This document shows positions 51,542 through 63,521 of a stretch of 64,000 bases of DNA, one piece after another (positions within the stretch are counted from its first letter, which is position 1; each line of letters begins with the position of its first letter). This DNA comes from Lama guanicoe (lineage: Eukaryota). The translations under genes were made by a program, and so were the position numbers. The notes under the pieces were generated by a model, which worked only from the letters and a program-made list of their open reading frames with translations, had not been told where the DNA came from and searched no databases. Location: positions 2,973,619 to 3,037,618 of the forward strand of contig MU054575.1 of assembly GCA_013239625.1 (NCBI GenBank). Reading direction: 5' to 3'.

Positions 51542-52517
51542 CTTAACATTCTCATATCACACTTCATCTCTGATTAGAACTCAGAATCTTTGTGCAAAGG
51601 TGCACAAAAGTTCTATACGTGTGCAGTGAATTGTTGAGAGTAGCCAAGAGAGGGCCAAAGAGCCCTGTGGACCCAGCAGGTGATAGGAGGCAGAGCCGTC
51701 CCTGAAGGCAGAAGGGAGCCAGGAGGGACTGATCCAAGGTGATCACACCGATGAGCAGATGTGCGCCTGCATCTCAGCAAGCGGGAGACTGCTCACCACC
51801 TGCAACCCACCAGCAGGAGACTCATTACGTGAATTCTAGCACAGCCACACACTGGAATATTCTACAACAGGTAAAAGGGACTCGGTGACTATAAGTGATG
51901 TCCTTGGTGCCTCGGAATTGACCATTCAGAACACGGCCACGTGTCCTAGTGAAGCCCCACGGGCGGGGCAGGCTGGCTGCGCTGCGTGATAAACACCCCC
52001 CACGCTGTAGCTCTCAAGTTGGAGGATAAATATTGGGACCTCCCGCCCCTCCAGTGAGCAGCAGTGAGGCATTTGCCACTGTGTCCCCCAGAGGGTCCCA
52101 AGGCAACTGGCCTCAGTTGCCCAAACTGGTGACCTGCTCATTGATGCACTTGTCTTGCTTCCCTTTTCTTCCCTGTCTCACTTTTCCCACTGATGCCCCA
52201 CCCATATGTCCGGGATCATCTGGGGCCGTTCCCCAAAGAAACGACTTTCAACCAAATCCCTGTCGCAGGGTCTGATCCTGGGGGACCCCATCTTGGAGCC
52301 CTGTGTATAGACACGTAGCAAGGATGGATCCCCAGAGAGGGCACTGAGCGAGACGCCGTGTTGCAGAGCCGCAGGGGTGCTGCATGTGTGGAGGTGAAGA
52401 TGCTTATACACGCGAGTGTACACACTCACACCAAAGTGTGGATGCCACGGGTTAGCAGTGCTGATCTCTACGTGATGGTGTTTGTTTTGTTTTGTTAGTT
52501 TTATCATATTTAAAAAA

Positions 52518-52722
52518 ATTTTTTAAATTGAAATATAGTTGATTTACAATGTTGTGTTAGTTTCTGGTGTATAGCATGGTGATTCAGTTATGCATATATA
52601 TACATACTATATATATATATATGTATATATATACACACACATACATATATTCTTTTTCATATTCTTTTTCATTATAGGCCATTACAAGATATTGAATATA
52701 GTTCCCTGTGCTGTATAGTAGA
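52518..52722 (-). mobile_element. L1 3'-end fragment with expanded (TA)n/(CA)n microsatellite
   Basis: TTGAAATATAGTTGATTTACAATGTTGTGTTAGTTTCTGGTGTATAGC...AATATAGTTCCCTGTGCT. Confidence 0.82.
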
Positions 52723-52785
52723 TATTTAGAGAATGTTAAAAATTCTTATTTATATCCTTATTTATATTAAAAAGAAATCATTTGT

Positions 52786-52898
52786 GGGGAGAGTATAGCT
52801 CAGTGGTAGAGTGTGCTCAGCATGCACGAGGTCCCGGGTTCAATCCCCAGTGCCTCCATTAAAATAAATACATAAATAAACCTAATTCCCCACCCCCC
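52786..52898 (+). mobile_element. tRNA-Ala-derived SINE
   Basis: Intact A and B boxes; imperfect TSD AAAGAAATCATTTGT / AAAGCAAATCAATTGT. Confidence 0.88.
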
Positions 52899-53249
52899 AA
52901 AGCAAATCAATTGTTTTTGTTTTTATATAATAAATAGGAGCATTTTAAGAGATGAAAGGTTAACCTTCTTCTTTTAAAGAGTAAGGAATCAAAATGAAAA
53001 CTGAAACTCAATGCCTCTGAGAACACAACAGAAAGATAGAAAATTATTGACCAAATGCACAAAGAAAAAAACTTAAAAGGACTGCGAATAGGAAGAACGC
53101 CCCACGGCGGGTAGGGAAGAGCTCCAGGGTAGAGCGCGTGCGTTCAGTCCTCACTCTCTCCATTAGGTAAGTAGACAAACAAATCTTAGAGGAAACACCG
53201 CTGCGTTTCTCCTCCGCTCTGCTCCCTATTATGAGCACACTTACACTTC

Positions 53250-54967
53250 TGCGTGCTCAGGACTTTATGTCTGGCCACCCAGTGAGGGGCTTCCCCCAGA
53301 CCAAGCAATTCTCAGATTCTCTGGACATCAGCTGGGGGTCCTACAGCTTAACTCAATTCTCTTAACTCGATGACACCACCCATCTGGGGAGAGCCCAGAC
53401 CTCACAGACGAAGGACCCAGGCCCACCAGACAGCCCCACTCCAGAGGCCCGTCGCAGGTCCAGGTTGTCACCTGTGCTGACCGACAGCAATAAACCGGAG
53501 ATTTCCACGACAGCCTCCTGAGGGCCAACTGTCCGCTAGCAAGGCTCACAGAATGCAGCGCTGCGTCCAGCGCAGCTTGGGATCGTGTCTGAGGACAGGC
53601 AACGCAAGACTTAACAAAGAGACTAAGAGCAAAGATGGGACCAGGGGACTCAAGATCTCGTGGATCTAGAGCACCGAAAGCCTGGTCGACATCATATTTA
53701 TTAGGAGTACACAGCTCAGAAAAAAATGCGATCAAAGAGGTGGGGCTTTAGATATTTCATGCCATAAGCACTAAACTCTGCTTGCTGGTTAACTGATTAA
53801 TTTCAGGCCCATCCCTTCCAGGAACAATCACCCTCCTGAGGGTGTGCAACATTTCTGAGTCTATCCCATCATTGCCTCTGGGACATCTCAAGACAGCAGA
53901 TACTTCCCCTGGGTTCAACAGCAGCTTTCATGCCAAAACCCAGTTCTGTTAATGGATGATCTGGCTTTCCAAGACCGTCTGTTGTTTCACCCTAAGGAAG
54001 TATCTGCCCTCCTTCGTGCCCTTATGGTCCATGTCAGGATTGCTCACCACAAATTTCATCTACTGTGTAAAACACTAAAACAAAGCAAGCATGTGCATTT
54101 TAAGCAAGTAAGTGTGAATACAGTATTTTAAGCTCACGGACATTCAGGAGTGGCTTCTTTCCGGCTGCTAGTTGTCCAGCAGCTTGTTTCCCAGCAATGC
54201 AGGGAAACACTTCCCTTACTAAACGACTCACTTATTACCAAGGCTAGTAAAGGATGCTAATAAAGAGGTGAACACAGGTGATGAGACATGCACGACAAGG
54301 CCTGGCAGGGTCCCGGGCACAGGAGTTTCTGCCCCTGTGGAGTTTGGGGTGCGCAACCCTCCTGGCACATGACTGTGTTCTTGTTCACCAATCATGAAGT
54401 TCTCCAAACTTTGTACTTTAAGGATTTTTAAGGAGGCTTCATTAGAGGCAAGATTTTTATTTTTTATAGGGAAAAAATTTTTTTCAAGCTTTATTGAGAT
54501 GTAATCAACATGTAACATTGTGTAAGTTTAAGGCAAACAGTGTGATTTGGTTCATACATATATGGCAAAATGATTACCCTGTGGTGTTAGCTAACACCTC
54601 CCATCACATCAGGCAAACACTAAGCAGGCGTCATTGATTAACTCATTGGCACTTAGTGATCAGCTCAACCTCTAGCCCCTCTCCCCTCCCCAAGGTTGGG
54701 GGTGGGGCCGAAAGAGCCAATGAGCCCCCATCCGGAGGCTGTCTAGGAGCTTCCCAAAAGTCACCTCCTTAATATAAATTCAGGTGTAGCTGAAAGGGAC
54801 CAGTTATAACAAAATACATCCATTCCACTTGGGTGACTCTTATCACTTAGGAAATTCCACGAGTTTTGTTTTGGGGTTTTTTTTTGTTTTTCTTTTTTAG
54901 GAACTCTGCACCAGGAACAGCGATGAAGACCAGATATACTTTCCTTATTATAAATCACAACATCACA
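53250..54967 (-). mobile_element. MER21-type LTR, interrupted by an ERV2-like LTR and an L1 tail (about 54451-54620)
   Basis: MER21 motifs CCAAGCAATTCTC..GGACATCAGCTGGG, CAGGTTGTCACCTGTGCT, GGAGTTTGGGGTGCGC, ending TAAATCACAACATCACA. Confidence 0.72.
53559..54196 (-). mobile_element. Solo LTR, probably class II (ERV2/ERVK-like), 638 bp
   Basis: Exact 6-bp TSD ATGCAG (53553-53558; 54197-54202); CG...CA ends; AATAAA on minus at about 53697-53702. Confidence 0.7.
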
Positions 54968-56552
54968 GCTTGGAAACAGGGTACAGGGGCTGTAATTCAG
55001 AAAAATGGTTAAAGGAAATTTAAGAGGATTGTTAATGTCTCTAGGGTGGTTTGCAGGAAAAGCCAGCAGGAAGGAAGGGCAGATGTGGGGTCCGGTCCAA
55101 GGGAGCCCTCAGTCTGCTGCAGATCTGAGAGTGTTAGCAGCAGCAGGCAGGCAGCCAGGAGGTCTTAGGGAAGGCCCAGTGCTCCCTCTGGGATGGGTGT
55201 CATTGCAGCAGAACGGGGACTCACTGTGGGGACCCACCAAGGCAAAATAAGCCAAAGCTGCCCAGCTGGACACCTGGGAGCTTCCAACACCTCCCATCCC
55301 CCGGCGACTCTAGCTGGGGGTGGGTGTCTGGACACCTGGGACCAGCGGCCTTTGTCCTTCCTTCCCTGGAGAGTGGGGAGGGGTCCTGGGCTGGGTGCAG
55401 GGCTGGGAAGGTGAGACCTGTCTTGCTGCCCCAGTAGAGTGGGGCACATGGAAACTGAAGGCCTCCATTCTCACCTGTCCTCCTTACCTGCCCTATGCTC
55501 CAGGAGGACGGAGTTTCCCTGGGGCAAGGCGGAGCAGCAGGACCCCGGCCTATCACACCTGTTCCCAGACTCCCTTCAACTTTGACCTTGGTGATTTCTG
55601 CCGTGCCTACCACCCTGGGTGCTATTACTTAGTACTCTTCTATACTTGCCCTCACTTTTGTTTTTTATGTGAACCTCTCCATGGATTGGATGGCGCTGCA
55701 TCACTGGTGAGGGCAGAGCCTCCTTNNNNNNNNNNNNNNNNNNNNNNNNNNNNNNNNNNNNNNNNNNNNNNNNNNNNNNNNNNNNNNNNNNNNNNNNNNN
55801 NNNNNNNNNNNNNNNNNNNNNNNNNNNNNNNNNNNNNNNNNNNNNNNNNNNNNNNNNNNNNNNNNNNACAATAATCTTACAAGGTAGGTTTTATTATCTC
55901 TTTAATACAAATAGAGAAACTGAAACTTAGAGAAATAAAAAAACACATCCAAAGCCACACCGCTAGTAAGTCAAGGCACCTGGATTTGAGGCCGGGACCA
56001 CCCTTGAAGAGTGAGCTGCTCTATCTCCTCCTCCTCCTTCTTTTTTCTTTTTTTCTTTTTTTCTTCTTATTTTTTGTACTAGAAAGATTCAACTTTTCAG
56101 AAAGAAAATCAAATGCAAAGTGAACATCATACCTAGCAAGACTTATGAAGAGGATTTGGCAAATTGCCTCAAAAATCTTAACATTTATTCATAACCTTTG
56201 GCCTCGTAATATCAGTTCTAAAAATCTGTCTTCAGATAGGTGGAGAAATATGTGTTACAAGGATGCACATCCTGGACGGATTAATGAAGAGCAAAAGTGG
56301 GATAAAGGTGGGTGTCCAACAACATAGAATTGCTCAGATAATTATGTAACAGTCACATGGTGAAAACTATGGGGTCATTATCAGAAAACAGAGTGGTGGT
56401 CGCCTGCGGACAAGGAGGGGAACACCAAGGGCAGGAGGAACTTTTGGAAGTGAAGGATGTACTCACTATGTTGATTCTTGTGATAGTTTCACGGGTGCAC
56501 ACATATGTCAAAACTTACCAAATCATACCCTCTAAATATGTGTAGTTTATTG

Positions 56553-57658
56553 TGTCAGTCTTAAAAGTAAAATAGCCAGTTACTTAACCAGCAAGGTGAT
56601 TCAGAAATAGCAGAGGAATTACAACTTGGGGCGTGCAAGCTATGGTGAACCACAGGCAAGTTTGGAAAACTCAAGAGAGGAGCGATCTTTTATACAGGAG
56701 AGGCGGGAGTTGGGAGGGGCTATTGAGACAGGATGGAAGCCGGCAGGGCACAGCCATTCAAGGAATGCTACAGCAATTAACATCAAAATGGTGAAAGGTT
56801 CCACCCCCAGGAGGCCTTGAGGCTCTAGATGCTGAGAGGTTTAACTTCTAGCAGATCTTGAGTTTCATCATACGCCCATTGTAACATATTAACATGGTGA
56901 ATGACACGCCCACAGGCACCACGGCAGTCCCAAGGCTGGCCACAAACTGTCAAAGAGTGGGAAATGGCCAACTTCCGGGGAATCCCTGCCCCTTCCCCAG
57001 GCTACTTAGACTGGTCCTTCCACTTATTAGCATATGAAGCCACCAAGCCCATAAAAATGAGCAACACGGTGCTCCTCGCAGCCACCCCTCTCACTTCCTC
57101 TACAGAGACGGCCCACATTCTGTCTATGGAGTGTGTAACTACTTTTAAACTGAGCACCCAACCCCCCCACACACACCTCGTGGCCTTTCTCTTGCCTTTC
57201 AATGTATCTCTGAATAAATCTACCTTTACTCAACTGTGGCTCGCTCTTGAATTCTTTCCTGCGTGAAGCCAAGGACCCACACTTGGTGGGGCACATCCCA
57301 GGGGCTCAAACGAAGCCTGGGACATGGCCCTCCTCATGCCTCACATCTGTTTTCCTGCATGACTATTATAAGCAAAGCCCGTTAGAGGAAATCGAGAGTT
57401 CAGGGTGATGACAGTTTCTCATTGGCTGAGTGGTGGTAGTTTTTCATTGGCTGGGGCAGTTGCTGGGCAAAGTGAAAATCTTTCTTCCTCTTACTGTAGT
57501 AGTAAATTAGCAGCCTTCTTCCAGTTGGAGATGCAAGGTACAACTCTTCCTGTTTGGAGTCTGCAGACCATGAGGAGTGGCAGTGTGTGAAAGCACCTCC
57601 CACTGCCTTCAGGACATCTGGACTCCATTTTAAATGTTTCCCTTTATTAATTTTCACA
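56553..57658 (-). mobile_element. ERV1-like solo LTR inserted in an old L1 3' end and itself interrupted by a MER41-like LTR
   Basis: TG...CA ends; near-TSD ATTG/ACTG; two ATTGG boxes and TTTTATA on plus, i.e. CCAAT and TATA on minus. Confidence 0.65.
56724..57362 (+). mobile_element. MER41-like ERV1 solo LTR (copy 1)
   Basis: Starts TGAGACAGGA; GACACGCCCACAGGCACC; CTGTCTATGGAGT; AATAAA; CTCGCTCTTGAATTCTTTCCTGCG; 4-bp TSD CTAT. Confidence 0.85.
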
Positions 57659-57839
57659 ACTGTATGTCAGTTATACCCCCAATGAAGATTTTTTAAAAAT
57701 TCAGTCATTAAACTATGTTTTGAAAATATTTAATAAAATAGCAAATGGTAATGAATTAACATAAAGTGAAGAGGGAGGGAAAATTATTTCATACAGCCTT
57801 TTTGGAGAACAAGTTGACAGTTTGCAGCAAAATTTGCAG

Positions 57840-58400
57840 TGCCACCAGGATGGCTATGATCAAAACTATAGGTAATAACAAGTGTGGTGAGGATGTGGAA
57901 AAAGTCAAATACTGCTGATGGGAATGTAAACTACGTACAGCCAAAAAGTGGAAAGAAGTCAAATATCCATCAACTGATGAATGGATTAACAGAGGTCATA
58001 TATCCATACAATGAAATCATATTCAGTCACAGAAAAGAATTAAATGCTGACATGTATTACCACACAGATGAACCTCGAAAATATCAAGCTCAGTGAAAAA
58101 AGCCAGACTCAAAGATCACATATTGTATGATTCCATTTATATGAAAAGTCCAGAACAGGCAAATCCATACAGACCAAAAAGTAGATTAGTGGTTGCTGAA
58201 GCCTGGGAGGTTTGTGGGCAAACAGGAATTGACTGCTAAAGATAGGATGTTTCTTTCTGGGATAATGAAAAATATCCAAAATTGATGGTGATGAAACTGC
58301 ACAATTCTATAAACATTCTGAAAGCCATTGAAATATAAACTTTAGAGGGATGAATTCTATTTTATATGAATTATACTTTGGTAGTGCTTTTTTTTTTTTT
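57840..58400 (+). mobile_element. L1MB-type 3' region
   Basis: ATAACAAGTGTGGTGAGGATGTGGA, AGATCACATATTGTATGATTCCATTTATATGAAA. Confidence 0.75.
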
Positions 58401-58605
58401 GATAATGCTGTTTTTAAAAAGACATGCTGGTAAAAAAAGAAAATTTCTTTTTCAGCTCAATCTATAAAAAGATCAGCAACTTAATAGAAAAATAGTCAAA
58501 GTATATGAGCAGCATACTGAAGAGGAAATACAAATGACCCTCACATTTATGAAAAGAAACTCATCCTTATTCATAATAAAAGAAATGCAAATTAAAACCA
58601 TACTG

Positions 58606-58742
58606 GGGTGGGGAGGGTATAGCTCAGTGGCAGAGTGAGTGCCAAGCATGCACAAGGTCCTGAGTTCAATCCCCAGTACCTCCATTAAAATCAATCAATC
58701 AATACCCAATTACCACCCCCACAAAAAAAAAACTAAAAAAAA
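58606..58742 (+). mobile_element. tRNA-Ala-derived SINE
   Basis: Full head and tail; imperfect TSD AAAACCATACT / GAAGCATACT. Confidence 0.88.
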
Positions 58743-58879
58743 AGAAGCATACTTGGATATCATTTTTCAATTTTTAGACTGGGGGAAATCCAACATTTTG
58801 ACACATTTTGCTGAGACCTTGTGAAGCAGCACTCTTACACCAGGCTGATGGGAGGGCAAACGGGGAGACCCACAGAGGG

Positions 58880-59267
58880 TGTGAGGATTAATTCTATATG
58901 TTAAATTGACCAGGCCAACTGAGGCCCAGATATCTAGTCAAACATTATTCTGGGTGTGTCTGGGGGGTGGTTAGATGAGATTGACATTTGATTAAGTGGA
59001 CTAAGTAAAGTAGGTTGCTCGCCCCAATTTGGGTGGGCCTCATCTAATCAGTTGAGGGCCCAAAGAGAACAAAAAGGCTGATCTCCCCCTGACTAAGAGG
59101 GAGCTTCTCCTGCCCAACTGCCTTGGAAGAGGGACATTGATTTTTTTCCTGCTTTTGGATTCAAACGGAAGCATCAGTTCTTTTTGGGTCCTAAGCCTGT
59201 TGGATTTCATAGTAGAAATACACCATGGGCTCTTCTGGGTTTCCAACTTGTCAACTGCAAATTTGGG
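58880..59267 (+). mobile_element. MLT2-type ERVL LTR (runs into N gap)
   Basis: CCCAGATATCTAGTCAAACATTATTCTGGGTGTGTCTG; GGGTGGGCCTCATCTAATCAGTTGAGGGCC. Confidence 0.8.
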
Positions 59268-60339
59268 NNNNNNNNNNNNNNNNNNNNNNNNNNNNNNNNN
59301 NNNNNNNNNNNNNNNNNNNNNNNNNNNNNNNNNNNNNNNNNNNNNNNNNNNNNNNNNNNNNNNNNNNNNNNNNNNNNNNNNNNNNNNNNNNNNNNNNNNN
59401 NNNCAGACATCAACACTTTACACATACAAGGCTTTGACCCAGCAAACTGCAATTCTGAGAACCCATGCTACGGATGGACTTGCAGGTAGAAGAACTGACC
59501 TTTGTACAGTTATTCACAACAAAGTTATAGGGGAAAGACAGGAAATACCCAAACGTCACAGGGTGCAATAAACTGTGGAAAAATAAATCATATGCTGGAA
59601 CATTGTACCCTAAAACAATATACAAATAACATGAAACAAGAAAGCTCTCTATGTGATGAAAGGCAAATAGCACCAAGACATATAATATGTAAATGTTTCA
59701 AAAGGCAAACACAGAGTAGGGAGCTAGCAAGCTTCCTTTTACATGAGAAAGAAGGGAAATATTTGTACAATCTGTTTTTGCTTATATTTTCATAAGGAAA
59801 TTCTGGAAGGATAACAAAAGAAACCAGTGAGTGTTACCCTGTGTGCCAGATGGGGCAAGGGTGGGAGTTAAGACTTTTTCCTGGATACTTTTTGATATTG
59901 ACTTGATATTTGAACCACACTAATGATTGGAACACATTCCCTATTTAAAAATTAAAATGCCCCCTCCTCGCCCACCTACAGTGTACTTGTTCATTGTCCT
60001 TGTAGAAGGGGAGACCAAGGAAGGTGGTGTCTATTTTGTTCATTATGGCACTTCCTGAACCTAGGAGAGGTCTGGGTCCCGGGCACAGCAGGTGCCGGGG
60101 AAACACATGTGGGAAGAACGGCTGAATAGAAAGAAACTGGAAACAAATTGAAAACAACAAACAACAGAGAACGCTTGAAACAAGGATGGTGCATTCAAAC
60201 TGGGGGTATCATGAAGCGGCTAAAAAGAAGAGTATCTAGCCTAAGTGACTTCCAAAACAAGCTGCAAAGTGGGGGCAGGAGGATTCCAGAACCATATACA
60301 CAACCCAGTCTGGTTTACGTAAAAGAGATCCCTGAAGTA

Positions 60340-60431
60340 GCGAGGAGGGTAGAGCTCAGTGGTAGAGTGTGTGCTTAGCAGTGCGTGAGGTCCTAAATTC
60401 AGTCCCCAGTACCTCCATTAATCAAAAAAAG
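60340..60431 (+). mobile_element. tRNA-Ala-derived SINE (short-tail form)
   Basis: 13-bp exact TSD AAAAGAGATCCCT at 60321-60333 and 60432-60444. Confidence 0.88.
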
Positions 60432-60689
60432 AAAAGAGATCCCTAAAACAAAGCCATGCATCGTACATGAAACCTCGCGTATATATATAAAAGGTGTGAC
60501 ATAAAATGTGGAAAAGTCTGGAAGATTATCCAGGGGTGGGGGGAGGTGGATGGGGTAGGGAGGGAGGTGACCAGGGCTTCTGTACAGTTTCTGTGTATTC
60601 CAAGCCAATGCATCTGTTACTTGGGAAAAACAAATAACGTCAAATCAAGAAAAACAACAGAAACTTCCTAAGACTTCCATTTTGTAATC

Positions 60690-61830
60690 AGGCGCGAAAT
60701 GAGGGTGAAAAGATGCGTAGAATGTAGCACTCGCGAAAGACCGACAGGAAGGGCAGCCGAGGGTTAGCAGGGAGTGAGCCCCCAGGCAATTTTAAAGCCT
60801 TTTGATTACGGTTCCTGTTTTTCCACAGTGAATACACCTTAACTGCTAATTTAAAAGCTTCATAAAGGGGTGGCCTCAGCAGCCAGCCCTGGAAGCCAGC
60901 TCCCGCTCCAGCCCCTGCGGCCACCGGTTCTCAGTCCTTGTAGACGTAGGCGGATCCGCCGAGATGGCAGAGACAGAGGGCACCGGGCCGCGTAGACCCG
61001 CTCGCGCAGGCGCGCAGGGTGGGCGCGGGCCAGGCGCCCGGCCGGCCGGGTTCGGGCTCCCCGCCGGGGGGCACGCGCGCCGCGCTCGGCATTGGCCAGG
61101 GGGCGGTTCCACACCCTCGCGTCGCGCACGGCCCGTCCCACCCGAAGTCTGACTGTGACCCTAAGCGCGCGGACCCGAACGACCTGGACCCGCCGCAATC
61201 GCCCCGGGACACCCTGTCCCGCCCGCCGGCTGACCTCGGCCGACCCCGGGCGGGAGTCGGGGGAATTAGTCCGCCTCCCAGGCCTCCTCCCCGTCGAACC
61301 TCCAGCTCCTCCTCCTGCGTAAAGGAGGCGCCTTAGGGGACCCTTGGACGCAACAAGGGCGGTCGGTGGGCGCCGAGAGGAGGCGGCGGAGGGAGAGCCG
61401 AGGAAGCCGGGGAGGGGGTGAGCTTCCGGCGCCCCCGCCCCACCCGCCACCAGCACCTCCCCAGCCCGCAGGACCCGCGGCTGCGAGGGTGCCCGGGACC
61501 TCGACTCCCCGGGACTGCGGCGCGCATGGGAGGAGGCTGCAGCTTGGGGATCGTCCACCGAACTTCCAGCGAGAAAAACACAGATTCGAGGGAGCAGGCC
61601 AGCTGGGCGTTTTTCAACTGAAACTGCCTTCCTGCAACCGCCCGTCCGCTGCTCCCGCCCCGTCCGCCCCGTCCGCCGCATCCCGTCGCATCCCCCCACC
61701 CTTCCCGGGGCCTGTCACTTCCTCCTCCCACCCCACCCGGCCCCCGAAATTCCCCGGCTCTCCTCTCCTCGAGGGCAAGTGGCCTCAAGGAAGCAATGAG
61801 CTTATCCGGCGGCCAGCTAGCGCCCGGCCA
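60690..61830. promoter_or_regulatory. CpG island with promoter-like motifs (target gene not identifiable in window)
   Basis: Very high GC/CpG; NRF1-like GCGCAGGCGC 61004-61013; ATTGG 61091-61095; GC box 61100-61106; E2F-type GGCGCGAAA 60691-60699. Confidence 0.75.
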
Positions 61831-62179
61831 ACTCCCCTCTTTCTGGTCCACAGAAGTTTTGGCGTCTTGGCTGAGCTCAAGCCCTGGGGCTTCAAAAACG
61901 GGACTCTGCCGCTGTTCCAGGTCGGGAGTGGGGCGGGGACACATTCGGACCTTAGAGAAGGCAGGCGTCCTGGAACCTGGCCCTGTGGGAGGCCCCCAGC
62001 GAGGGGTTATCAGTCTATTGAGGGTCATCTGGGGAGACTTCTTGGAGCTGATGGTGTCTGAGTTGGACTTTGAAGGCTAAGTGGGGATTTTTTCAGGTGG
62101 GAAAGGAGACATCTAACAGCTTGTATTTCAGGGTCAAGGTCAGAGTGGGAGCTGCATCGCCAGGGTAACTGGGAACTGA

Positions 62180-62600
62180 TGTGTGAAAGAGCTCTGGGCT
62201 TCCATCAAGTGAGGAACGGATAAACAAAATGTGGCATATCGGTACAAAGGGATATTATTCAGCCATAAAGAGGAATGAAACACTGACACCAGCTACAAGG
62301 CAGATGGACCTTGAGAACATTATGCTCAGTGAAAGACGTCAGACACAAAACGCCATGTATGGTAGGATTTTATTTATCTGAAGCTTTCAGAATAGGCAAA
62401 TCTATAGAGACAGACTGTGAATTAGTGGTTACCAGGGGCTGGGGGCGTGGGAAGGGCACTGCTAATGAGGATGGAGTTTCTTTTAGGAGAGAATGTTTTG
62501 GGAAATGTTCTGGAACTATACTGTGGCTGCACAACCTTGTATATATACTTAAAGCCACCGAACTGTACACTTGGAAAAGATGGGTTTTGTGGTACACATG
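62180..62600 (+). mobile_element. L1MB-type 3' end
   Basis: GGATAAACAAAATGTGGCATAT...GAATAGGCAAATCTATAGAGACAGA. Confidence 0.75.
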
Positions 62601-62889
62601 AGTCATAGCTTAGTAGAGTTTTTAAAAGGGAGGAGAGCTGTGAACAGAGCCCCACGTGGATCCTCCTTGCCGCCCATTTGGCCACAGAGGAAATTTACCA
62701 GCTTTGGGCCTCACAGCCGGGCAGGGTTGCAGCTGCGCCAGAACCCAGATGCCCTCTGAGCATCTTCTCTGGAGAGTCGGGACTGGGTCTGGCTTTCCCC
62801 ATCTCCCCTTCAGGCACCTGGCCCACGGCTGTGCACAAAGGTGTGAGCAGAAAGGCACCCCAGGCATTGGGCATCAGGAAGAGTAAACA

Positions 62890-63487
62890 TATACAAGAAA
62901 AAGAATGAGGTGGGACGCAAGAGGATGGCCGTGTCCCAGCTTTGGGTTGAGTCCCTGGGACGCACCCTGCCAAGTGAGGATCCTTGGCTTCGTGCAGGAA
63001 AGCATTGAAGAGCAAACCACAGTTGAGTAAAAGTAGATTTATTTAGAGAGATGTACAGGGCAGGGGAGGTTAAAGTAAAGATAGATACACACTCCACAGA
63101 CAGAGTGCCGGCCGTCCCGGAAGGCAGGAGAGAGAGAGGGACCAGGAGGGTGCGGTGCAGTGCAGTGCTGCTAGTTTTTGTATGGTAAGGAGTAGAGGAT
63201 CATTCCAACTATTTTAGGGGAGAGAGGGGATTCCCCGGACTTGGGCCACCGCCCTTTCTTTGACCTTTCATGGTTAGCTTGGGAACTGTCTTGGTGCTAG
63301 TGGGTGTGCCCTTCACCATGCTAGTACAGTACAGTGTATGTAAGGAAGCTCAAGGTCCTCTGGAGGTCGAATCCCCCGCCATCCTGGGCCCCCGGGTCTA
63401 TGGGGGATCGACCTTTCCTCCACCTTGTTGCTAAGTGCCGCATCATTACTTTAATGGCTATGCCCTCCCCCGTTCTTTCCTGTCTCA
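62890..63487 (-). mobile_element. MER41-like ERV1 solo LTR (copy 2)
   Basis: Reverse-complement homology to copy 1 (CCACAGTTGAGTAAAAGTAGATTTATT; ends CCTGTCTCA); near-TSD AACA/CACA. Confidence 0.82.
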
Positions 63488-63521
63488 CACAGATGCGCAG
63501 AGGCAGGGAGTGGGGTGAGGT

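Noticed and set aside
60860-62061. Long overlapping ORFs (279, 231 and 231 aa) in the CpG island
   Set aside because: Arg/Gly/Pro/Ala-rich low-complexity translations expected from stop-poor GC-rich DNA; no recognisable domain.
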